DNA of 64,000 nt from Octopus vulgaris (Eukaryota). Below are positions 53,523 through 64,000 of the stretch, one piece after another; position 1 is the stretch's first letter; every line of letters starts with the position of its first letter. Under the pieces are notes generated by a model. It saw nothing but the letters and a program-made list of their open reading frames with translations. It was not told the origin of the DNA and did not search any database. The DNA lies in the NCBI GenBank assembly GCA_951406725.2, contig OX597825.1, positions 17,484,001-17,548,000 of the forward strand, written 5' to 3'. The position numbers and the translations under genes were made by a program.

Positions 53523-54021
53523 TCCATCTAACGAGAGTCCAATATTAATATATGCGTTTCGTTCCACATGTATTATATGCGCTACTTATAGTTTCAAGTA
53601 CGTATCTAAGTAGTATTGAATGTGCAATGTATACAATCCATTCCTCTGAATGCTTTATTTGTTGTTATTATTTCTTCCAGTTTATTTATTATTACCTCTT
53701 CTAGTTTGAGTTATGTGTTATTTTTTAATTTACGCTAAGAATGAAACGGTTTTAGCTATGGAAAGAAATATAAAAATATATTACCTTTCACATGTTGTTT
53801 TAACATCCGTTGTTGGACATATTGTAAAAGTTCCGACGGAGCATACGATAGATAATTTACTTGATAGCATCCGTTAACTGACAGGTAAAAATTAAAGAAC
53901 ACAGTATTAAAATGACAAGTACGTTTATCAGGTGCTGATAATACTTTGAAAGGAAGCAGTCTAAATAGAGGACCGGGCGAGGGGCGATTCTAAAGTATAC
54001 CATATTTAATTGAAGATTCCA

Positions 54022-54205
54022 CTGGCGTTGTTGTGTTTACGTCCCCGTAAGATAACAGGTCAGCAGAGATAAGAGATAATAAGTATTAGGACTTAAAAGA
54101 ATAAGTTCTGGGCTCGAATTCTTCGACAATGTCACTTGAAGACGTCGCTCCGGCGTGGTTGCTGTCGAATGACTGAAATAGGTATAAACATATAAAAATA
54201 AAAGA
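54022..54205 (+). mobile_element. SINE family B, 3' half
   Basis: tgtgtttacgtccccgtaa...aagaataagttctggg...aatgactgaaa. Confidence 0.75.
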
Positions 54206-54670
54206 CAATGTATGTATAATAATGAAACTGCAATATTCAAAAGTGTGATGCCTTTACAAGGTAGATATGAATACTTATCATGACATAATTCACCGTTACA
54301 CATAAGAAGTCTATAATAAATTACCTTTCTTCTATTTCCCCCATAATAATTTCAAGCTTTCTGGAAATTCAAAGACACTTGAATATACCATTTAGTTAAT
54401 AAACATAGGGTTGTCAGATAAATTCGTTCGCTGCCTAACCACACTTATTCTAATACTTTCCAGAGTTATTTGAATTAACGAGGAGAATATTTTGACTTAG
54501 TGTTTTATGGATTTCTATTGTAGCTCTATTCTTTCTTGAAAACTTTTGTTTATCGTATTTGATATTGGAATACATTTTACACCTTTTCTGACGTGTGATA
54601 TTGAAATGCAAAGTAGAATATGAGCACACAAAACAAATGTATTTATCTGACTACATGTTACATACCAAAT

Positions 54671-55059
54671 GTGGAGGCGCAATGGCCCAGTGGTTAGGGC
54701 AGCGGACTCGTGGTTGTAGGATCGTGGTTTCGATTCCCAGACCGGGCGTTGTGAGTGTTTATTGAGCGAAAACACCTAAAAAGCTCCACGAGGCTCCGGC
54801 AGGGATGGTGGTGTTCCCTGCTGTACTCTTTCACCACAACTTTCTCTCACTCTTACTTCCTGTTTCTGTTGTACCTGTATTTCAAAGGGCCGGCCTTGTC
54901 ACTCTCTGTGTCACTCTGAATATCCCCGAGAACTACGTTAAGGGTTACACGTGTCTGTGGAGTGCTCAGCCACTTACACGTTAATTTGACGAGCAGGCTG
55001 TTCCGTTGATTCGGATCAACCGGAACCCTCGTCGTCGTAACCGACGGAGTGCTTCCACC
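54671..55059 (+). mobile_element. Full-length tRNA-derived SINE, family D, with perfect TSD
   Basis: A box tggcccagtggtt, B box ggtttcgattccc; TSD acataccaaat at 54660-54670 and 55060-55070. Confidence 0.93.
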
Positions 55060-56814
55060 ACATACCAAATTACACGATCCGAGTGATCACTGTTGAACTG
55101 TTATGGACAGATAAGTCAAACTATTTCGAAATATCATTTAGATAATAATTACAAAAATATGAAGTAGCACAACATTTTAAACATATATATTCGCTTGGAG
55201 AAATTGAGTTCAGAGTAAATTGCATAAATAATGCTATATTGTGGCGTTAAAACGTAAATGTTTTTTGCTAAGCGTTTCACTAAAATATTTCCCCCATAAT
55301 CCTGAAATTGTTATTTTGTTATATCTATATTACATAATACATGTATTTTTTTTTTATATTCATATTACACTTTTTAGTATTTCATGGCTGTTATCGTTTA
55401 GAAATAATACATCGAAGTTTCTGTGTGTCAATATCATATTCACAACCCTTAGGGATTTATCCTCCTACTCTAAAATATACAAATTCTAATGTCGTTTCGT
55501 GCTTTAAACATAGTTCTAAAGCAACTCAGGTTTGAACAGCAAATCGAGCGATTCTCATGACAATAGAATGAGTTTACTGCTGTAAATAAAGTGTGATGAA
55601 TATAGTGTACACATAAAAACGAAACCAAAAAATAAAATAATTGCACATATCTCAGCAAACATAATAGTTAAAATATATTGTTGCATCAACAATACTTTTG
55701 TAGAGATTACAATTGATATGACAAAGAATCAAGCGGATCTGTGAAAATTCCTTGGATATTATATTATATCCATAAATATTAATATTTTCAGTGAATGCAC
55801 CTTTCCACGTATCCATTTATGATTTATCCATATACATTTCAACATAGTTTTTAGCCACATTCCTACTCCATGTTTGAGAATGCCTGCATGTTCATGTATA
55901 CTTATATATATATATATATGTTTATGTATATATATATATATGTTTATATTTATGTATATATATGTTTATATTTATGTATATACATATATGTGTTTATATT
56001 TATGTATATATATATGTATGCTTATTTTTATGTATATATATATATATATATACATATGTTTATATTTATGTATATATATGTTTATATTTATGTATATATA
56101 TATATATATATATATATACATAAATATAAACATATATATACACACACACACACACATATATATATATATGTATATATTGTATGTGTGTGTATATATATAT
56201 ATATATATTTATAAATATATACACATATGTGCACACATATATACAAATATGTATGTATGTGCGTGTGTGTGTATTTGCATGTGTATATATCCTTGTCAAC
56301 ACGAATGTGTATGGCTATAGACCCATACACATATACGTACATGAAAACAGAATAGGATAAATACAAAGTCGGTAGAGGAATTAAAATGAAATGGGGAAAT
56401 GTTGCGGCAGTAATATGTTACAATGTATGAAATATTACTTGCTCTGCAAAATAACAATGTTTATTGTGTATTGTCAGAAGAGCATCTATTCACTAGTGTA
56501 ATGTCATAACAAAGGAGGCAGAATAATCACAGATACGGGTTTGGAATCACAACCTGGCACACATGTAATGGTTATGCTATAAAAGAACCATTTACTTCAA
56601 ATTAATTTTTTTTCGAAAGTTTAAGCACATTTTCCTATATCATCTATAGATTAATATGTCCATATAGCATAAGTAATGTTATATGGACAGCTTACAGTAG
56701 CCAGATGAAGTGTAGAAATCGCAAAATAGTTGTCGAGTAGCTGAATTAGAACGAATTAGAACGAAATTTAGAGCTTTCCCAGCAGTTAATTGAATCAAAT
56801 TTTTTTAAACGTTC

Positions 56815-56985
56815 TAATCGTTGGTATCTCATTTTGGGAGAAAGCCTGAAATTTTACGCAGAGGAAGTTGACTACGAGGACCCTAGAACTTAAAGTGTAC
56901 TCACTTTTTCATCCTGAAAGGAAAAATGACGCTGGAAGTAACAGGCCGGATGAAATGCCGTTACAAATTTTGCCATGGGCAATAG
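56815..56985 (-). mobile_element. SINE family A, highly diverged
   Basis: ttgactacgag..ccctagaact..gtactcactttttcatcctgaaaggaaaaa... follows the reverse complement of the family A core. Confidence 0.45.
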
Positions 56986-57244
56986 CTAGTATTTCTAGGA
57001 CGCGCTTTATAGTGGCCCGTAATAATAAACCCTGCAATGGTTTCATTTTGAGGGTAAAACAGCTTTATTTGCTAATATTCTGTCATCGTTAATGAAATAT
57101 TCTTCATGACAGTGTTTAGAGAAATATTATTTCAAATATCAGAAATACAATTAAATGAATTGAAAAAAGTAGTTTGTTGATTTAATATTTCTGAAGCAGC
57201 GAAGCTGAAAAATTATTCCGAAATATAATTAACATTCCCAACGT

Positions 57245-57580
57245 GCACTTCCTCCTCGTTCGATGGATCTTTAGGCCGTGGATGTTCTTGCAGACTTTAC
57301 CGGTTGTACACGTCTTGCTGATAGTGCTTTGTCCATTGCTAGGGTCTGTTAACGATATGTCCGTCCGAATGTGATATTCATTCTCCCCCCAACCCCTCGG
57401 GCATCATTGGGAGTATTTCACCATTAAATTCATCGTAGCTTATTCTGGGAATCCACCTCTCAAAAGACACAGATAGGGTTGTCAGCCCGTTCTGCCTCGA
57501 ATACCATCTCTCCGGGCTGCCACTCACTTTGCAGTGGTCACTTCTTTCTTCGTGGTTGTTTTCCAGTCTTTCCTGGATGT
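57245..57580 (-). pseudogene. 5' region and N-terminal zinc finger of a HERO-like non-LTR retrotransposon
   Basis: 57245-57313 minus encodes TCTTGKVCKNIHGLKIHRTRRKC, matching the CxCGKxCKNxxGLKIHxxxxxC pattern. Confidence 0.75.
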
Positions 57581-57582
57581 CG

Positions 57583-57912
57583 CCCTGCACCAGAGTTGGA
57601 GTTTGACATGACAGAGCTGCAGGTAAACGAAGCTCTGCTCCAGGACCGAGTGGTATTTCACACAAAGTGTATAAGAACTGTTCCAAATTCTGCTGCGTCT
57701 GTGCAAAATTCTGCGAGTCTTCTGGAGAAAAGGGAGGATTCCAGAGCAATGGAGAGTAGCTGAGGGGTGTAGATTACGAAGGAGGAAAACTCTACCAAGA
57801 TTGACCAATTTTGCATCATCTCCCGGCTGTTTGTGGGGGCAAAGGTATTCTTCAGAATTGTTTCCACACGGCTGTGTGACTACCTGCGTCAGAACACCTA
57901 CATCGATGTATC
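57583..57912 (+). pseudogene. N-terminal reverse transcriptase fragment of a HERO-like element
   Basis: With frameshifts: SAPGPSGISHKVYKNC / LRLCKILRVFWRKGRIPEQWRVAEG / KEENSTKIDQFCIISRLFVGAKVFFRIVSTRLCDYLRQNTYIDVS. Confidence 0.88.
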
Positions 57913-58137
57913 CAGATGCATCAGTCATTGATGTATGCACAAAACATTCCGAATTATAATTAATATGCTATGTCAATTTTCAGCTATATCAGTGGAAATC
58001 ACGGTATGTGGCAGTTTAGTGTCTTGTATCTAATATAGAAGTGCATACGGCGAAGAATATTACCTTCCGTTTTAACAACTGACAACCAAAATTCGTATTT
58101 TTCCTTGAATATGTTGATGGAGTTTTAGTGCGAATGC

Positions 58138-58178
<41 letters not shown>

Positions 58179-58657
58179 ACACGCACACACAATCATACAC
58201 ATGCATACATGTATATGAAACTAACGACTGGTCTCTAATAGTAATTAACTTATATATCGTACTGAAAACCTGACAAAATATAATCTATTAGGGAGTACAA
58301 TTTCTATACATGCGTTCAGTATCTTCGCAGCAAGTTTAAATTGATTCGCTTTTCTTCACATTCAGGTACAAACCAAATGATAGTAATTGAGATGTGAATA
58401 TCTAGTCGTCAGTTTCTGATTATGTTTCGAGAAATATTAATCTGCACAGGGATATATACGTCCAGCTGTGAATCATCTTCAGCTTTGAATAGTTTCTTCG
58501 TATACGTTACTTTTCCTTTCCTATGAAACACTCGTATATGATCTAAATAATGAATATACAATTGTACGTTTTTATTTAAACCATAACGGTGTTCATTCGG
58601 TGCTGCAAAATGTATAAATTACTGGAAAGTTATGTTCAACTGGTACGTGATCTAAAT

Positions 58658-58739
<82 letters not shown>

Positions 58740-58796
58740 TATATATATGAATAAATGAAAGAATGGAGTCGAACGAAGGTGTTAACAAAATTCCTT

Positions 58797-58880
58797 TACT
58801 CTCGAAACATGTTTCGAAGACAGCATGTTTTCATTCCAAAGGAATAAAGGGTGCATTATGCAATCTTCTCATCAGGAAAG
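58797..58880 (-). ncRNA. Type I hammerhead motif, left arm
   Basis: Minus strand: ctttc CTGATGA gaagattgcat...atgctgtcttc GAAA C atgt T TC gagag; the stem III G is mutated to T. Confidence 0.65.
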
Positions 58881-59208
58881 AAAGGGAGCCTCTCTCGACA
58901 ACAAGACAAATAAAAAATTTCGATGATTGCCTTCATGGTAAACAAAGCGATAATGAGTGGTTTTTTTTAAAAACCGTTAGAAGAATTGACGTCAAAAATA
59001 GATAGTAGGAAGAGAAAGGATAAAGTAATAATAGGTAGGGAACAGTATATTATTACTTTATCCCTTCTCTTCCTACTATCTATTTTTGACGTCAATTCTT
59101 CTAACGGTTTTTAAAAAAAACCACTCATTATCGCTTTGTTTACCATGAAGGCAATCATCGAAATTTTTGTTTCCTTTCTTTCCTGATGAGAAAATTTTTG
59201 CTTCCTTT

Positions 59209-59290
59209 CTTTCCTGATGAGAAAATTGCATAATGCACCCTTTATTCCTTTGGAATGAAAACATGCTGTCTTCGAAATATGTGTCGAGAG
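59209..59290 (+). ncRNA. Type I hammerhead motif, right arm
   Basis: ctttc CTGATGA (59214-59220) gaaaattgcat...atgctgtcttc GAAA T atgt G TC gagag; GUC site, predicted cleavage after 59285. Confidence 0.72.
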
Positions 59291-59494
59291 TACAGGAATT
59301 TTGTTAACATCTTCGTTCGACTCCATTCTTTCATTTACTCATATACAACACACACTTTTCTACACATGAACCCGGAGTTTCTACCCTTGACAGGTCGCTT
59401 CAACCGTGTTTTCTGACGTGAATTTGCTACCCAGGTTTCGGTTAAACGAATTTTCCATGCTGATGATAAACATAGGACAATTCATTCACCTACT

Positions 59495-59553
<59 letters not shown>

Positions 59554-59889
59554 GAACTGAATTAGGGCTATATAAAATCATATAATAAACCATATCCAAG
59601 TGCATTAGAACGGAAAAAGGATTTTACTCGCAAAATCAGTCACTCCTCAGGTCAAATTCCTAAGAACGCCCTGAAACGCGCGTAGTCAATGTACAAGCAC
59701 TTACTTTAATACATTATATTATTGTATTTTATTGTTCAATTTATATTTATTTGATTTTAGATTAATATTTTTATGATGAATATTTTTTTTGTAATATATT
59801 CGAGTTTGTATGTTACATGTCTCACAACATGGTTTTGGACAGGTTCTTCATTGACTGAGTTGTGGAATGGTGGTTTATCTCTAAATTAG

Positions 59890-59922
<33 letters not shown>

Positions 59923-59949
59923 TCCCGGGTTGATATATATATATATATA

Positions 59950-60075
59950 TATTATATGAGGAGCTTCTACAGGACTAGAACTGTTTCATTCAAGAGAAAT
60001 CATCAGGAAGCCCTGAGCTTCCTGATGATTTCTCTTGAATGAACAGTTCTAGTCTGTAAACTCCTTCTATATAAT
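59950..60075. mobile_element. Miniature fold-back element made of two opposed hammerheads in (TA)n
   Basis: Inverted arms ~59950-60011 and 60017-60075 around spacer cctga. Confidence 0.8.
59961..60011 (-). ncRNA. Near-canonical type I hammerhead motif
   Basis: Minus strand: gcttc CTGATGA t-ttc-tctt-gaa-t GAAA CAG ttctagtc CTG TA gaagc; 5-bp stem I, 4-bp stem III, GUA site. Confidence 0.78.
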
Positions 60076-60589
60076 AAATATATATATATATATATATGTA
60101 TATAAGTGACCAATTAGATTTTGAGTATACACTTAGTATACATTTAGTAGTATGCTTATGGAAGCGATTCCACTGTGTAGGTTACTTGTTGTTATCCAGA
60201 GATTTTATCTAAATGTCCCTGGATCTACATAAATATTCTGCAGTGTCCGTGAATTTTCCAATACAGTACAATCTCGTCGTGTTGCATCACCCAGTTCAGA
60301 TGACTTTGTCAGGTGACTTGTGTTAAAGAAGTCATCTCGTTCATTATATTCAGTTATAGAGTATCCTACCCACAAGGGACCGTTGCGTGATAAATAAAGA
60401 TTCTCGTAAGCTCCATCTTCCGTTTCCCTCATTCGTTACATATGTTTATATATATTTATGTAAATATTTTAATACATGAATGATTGAACTGGATGTATTC
60501 CAAATCACTACTATTGTTTCTGTGCATCATTATTAGATGGATATTGCCAGATGTCACATATATTATACATATTATATGATACAAGAGCG

Positions 60590-60750
60590 ATAGCACTCCC
60601 AGAAAAATACTTAGCGGTATTTCATCCGTCCTTACATTATGAGTTTAAATTCCAACGTGGCCTACTTTGCCTTCAACCTTTACGTGATGTAAGGATTTAA
60701 TAAATACCAAAAGGTTCCTGGGTTCGAGGTAGTCGACTTAACAGAGCTAG
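60590..60750 (+). mobile_element. SINE family A, diverged
   Basis: tagcactccc...cttagcggtatttc..gagtttaaattcc...actttgccttc...ataaatacc...gtcgactt. Confidence 0.6.
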
Positions 60751-60882
60751 AGGCAGAATTACCAAATGACAATTAGGAAAAGTTTCATTGAGAAAAATAA
60801 TCTCAAGAACCAGGACAATCATCCAAACGCTTCTAAAATTACAGAAGAGGACAGGCTTACTGTCTAAAGGTAGTGGTTCAGT

Positions 60883-60950
60883 CGCTGTCCCATATTTCTC
60901 TATCAAGAAAATCATTATCATGACAATTCTGGTAGCCCTCTTCAGCAGCG
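60883..60950 (-). ncRNA. Degenerate hammerhead motif
   Basis: Minus strand: cgctg CTGAAGA gggctacc...gtcat-gata-atgat...tgataga GAAA tatgg GA cagcg; stem I intact, cleavage triplet mutated. Confidence 0.5.
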
Positions 60951-61116
60951 CATCCAAGGGACATACACGTATATGTAATTTACATGAATTAACACACACA
61001 CACACCCGTACACACACTCAAATACACATATACAGCTATATATATATATATATGTATAAATATGTATGTATATATATTTATACATATATACATACATACA
61101 TACATACATACATACA

Positions 61117-61152
<36 letters not shown>

Positions 61153-61373
61153 TATATATACGTATATGTGCATGTATGTATATGTTGATATATAATTATA
61201 TATATATGTGTGTATTTGTGTGTGTGTGTTTGTATCAGTATTTATAGGGAAGGAAGGGAAGGTAGTAATATATACTATGAGAGACTGATAAATATTCATA
61301 TATACTCGTACACACACATACACACACATATACATATATATTATATATATAATCATATACATACATATACTAA

Positions 61374-61413
<40 letters not shown>

Positions 61414-61903
61414 TCATGCTTGTTTGTGTGTGCGTGTGTGTATGTGTATGTGTGAGTGCGTGCGAGTAGTATATTTCTAGACAGAGGCGAAACAGAGACG
61501 CAAGAAAAGTACTTACAATGAAATCGAAAAACATAGACAGATGGGATATTTTACGTTATAAATGATGCTTGCATTATAAATTAAACGGTATTGTGATTTA
61601 TTTACTACTGCGGTGAGATATGGACACTAAATACTTAATATCTCGGTTGGAATCAATGAAGAATATCTCGATGGATAAATAAAAGCTGCGAGTTTTGCAG
61701 TAAATGTAAATCAATATATTTAAAGAAACTTTCCGAGTCGATAATTTTAATTGAGATATGATACGTTTTTCTCCCAAAACATGACACTTTTATCTGAATT
61801 CTCTTTTACCAGACTTATGTAGCGAAATACTTTGCTGCAATCATTTTCCCCCGACTGTTATACACAATAGAATTAAACTAACAGACCAAACATGATGACT
61901 GCG

Positions 61904-61949
<46 letters not shown>

Positions 61950-62048
61950 TTATTTTTTTTAGTGTTTTGTTTTTGTTTACTTGTGGTTGTTCTTCGTTGG
62001 ATATTAGCCAAAATTTCTCGTTCTGCTTCGTAGATGTTCTCGTTATAC

Positions 62049-62450
62049 CACTACCGCTGCTGCTGCTGCTACTGCCGCCATGCTGCTGCTGCTGGTGCTG
62101 CTATTACTACTACTACTACTACAACATCAACTACTACTACTACTACCAATAATAATAATAATAATAATGATAATAATAATAATAATAATACTGCTGCTGC
62201 CACTACTACTACTACTAGTACCACTACTACTACTACTACTACTATTACCACTACTACTACTACTATTACCACTACTATTACTACTACTACAACATCAACT
62301 ACTTCTACTATTACTACTACAACAACTACTACTACTACAACAACAGCAACTACTACTACTACTTCTACTACTACTACTACAACAACAACAGCAACTACTA
62401 CTTCTAATACTACTACTACTACTACTACTACTCTTGGTGCTGCCGCTACG
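62049..62450. repeat. Compound trinucleotide microsatellite (CTG/CTA/ATA/ACA)
   Basis: Direct reading; gives poly-A/T/N and poly-L/V ORFs. Confidence 0.95.
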
Positions 62451-64000
62451 TATATTATAGAATTACGCATACACAAGCACTATGCTCTTATTTCAAATAT
62501 ATATTTTTGTTAGTGTGTTATGTGTATTTGTGCGTGTGTGGGTGGGTGTACATGCACTATAATATTTACCTTGTCCTTTCTAAAACAATTGGCTGTTGTT
62601 AGAAATCCACTTACCTTCTAACTGTAACATGTCAAACGACCAGTAATAGCTTCTTACTTAGACTATATATAAATGAGTATATACTGTGGAATAATTATGC
62701 TCTTCACCGATGCAGTTTTAGCAAATTCACATTAGATACCAGGAAATCATTAATAATATTACATGAACGGCTGACCCCTAATACTGTAATTCAAATAATA
62801 TTCAAAACCAGTTTATAAACCGAAGAGGGCGCTAATTTTCTATACGGTAACTAACACTGTGGTTTGTTTTATGTACGTTATTTGATGTTGCATCTTGAGA
62901 AGTGATAACTTTTATGGTTCCAGAATATGACAAAATCCTCATCGACTTATTGAAGGAAATATCAATGAATTGTTGGCGATCGAACTAATTCGTTTCTTAT
63001 TCAGATTCTCATAGCAGGAACAACAAGCTAAGTTACTACCAAGATTTTTATGTTATTTCATGTCAAATATAAAGTAATACCTTATTACTGACGTAATTGA
63101 TAATGGCCAAAATCGTGATATAAATGGTTTGTATATATGTATATATGTGTCCTTATATAATTTACACGGTTGATATATATATAATTAGATTTAACTCATT
63201 GAACAGAGTAGATGCGATTTTTATTGCCAAAGATCATAGTTATACTTTCCGTATCAAATCATACATTTTAATATACTAATTTTCGTTCAGATAATTGAAG
63301 ATATGACTTGATTACTACTAAATATTTTGAGCAGATTATACATTTCCAATAACATAATCTTTGAATAAATAAGCTTACTTTCATTCCTTTAGTCCCATTG
63401 TGCTTTTCAAATAATTAATTATTATTGATTTCCGAAATACACGATGCAATGATAGTAACGTAAACTATAAACGCAGATATAATCATAAATTACCCCAATT
63501 TCAGGGGCTTGAAATACGAGCAGTTAGGAACGGTGACTATTTCTACTACAAAGACGGAATCGTAGCTTCATTTTAGCTCAACATGCCGTTTGTTTCCTCC
63601 AATAATTTTTCGACGTGTAAAATACCTAAATTCAAAATTTAGTTATTATATATAATACTTCTTGCTCCCACGGCGTCTATGATATCGTTTTCACATTTTA
63701 TCAAAATGAATATATCATAGGCTTTATCTACAAAGTACGAAAAAATAACAGAATAACATGTATGTAATGATTTAAGATCCCGCAAACGTATCACCTTTAA
63801 AACATGCAGTAACTTCATGAAGAAGGAAAGGAGGACACGTTTGGATATCACAACTAAGATATATTACAAAGTCGATTCAGAGATGATAATCATACTTGTG
63901 TAACATTTGAACATAGGTGAGTTCGATGAGAAACAAATGTGTGATACATAAGCAACGTCAAATGATATCACTGCACCATCATCTACTGTTTAGTACTAAG

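Larger units (their letters stand above)
58745..59497. mobile_element. Fold-back hammerhead-bearing element (same family as 24112-24665)
   Basis: Inverted arms ~58745-59033 and 59048-59345 with a 14-nt spacer; right arm continues to (TA)n at ~59498; (TA)n on both sides. Confidence 0.88.

Noticed and set aside
54671-54745. tRNA gene-like sequence (also 40150-40222)
   Set aside because: A and B boxes are present, but they are SINE heads continuous with a body and flanked by TSDs.
59076-59326. Near-identical peptides on opposite strands (with 58763-59005)
   Set aside because: A by-product of the palindrome; no protein motif.
62034-62513. 159-aa Thr-rich mucin-like ORF
   Set aside because: It consists of CTG/CTA/ATA/ACA repeats with no recognisable domain or splice support.

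Overview
This is AT-rich, microsatellite-saturated eukaryotic non-coding DNA. The repeat content (tRNA-derived SINEs, very long (TA)n/(CA)n tracts) resembles an octopus or other coleoid cephalopod genome; that assignment is inference. I found no intact host protein-coding gene, and nearly all supplied ORFs are microsatellite artefacts. Recognisable content: several tRNA-derived SINE families (some with TSDs, one nested, one dimeric), mariner relics, a MITE, a Helitron-like element, and decayed retroelement fragments (Penelope-like GIY-YIG, Tx1/L1 APE, HERO RT and zinc finger, RTE). The main signal is about a dozen type-I hammerhead-ribozyme motifs from several unrelated families. Several sit in head-to-head fold-back elements next to (TA)n tracts. 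Some have long stem-II inserts, 1-bp or palindromic stem III, or the compensatory U3-A8 core. This pattern fits a (TA)n-associated, ribozyme-bearing Penelope-like or non-autonomous retroelement system. All alignments and foldings were done by eye, so boundaries are approximate.
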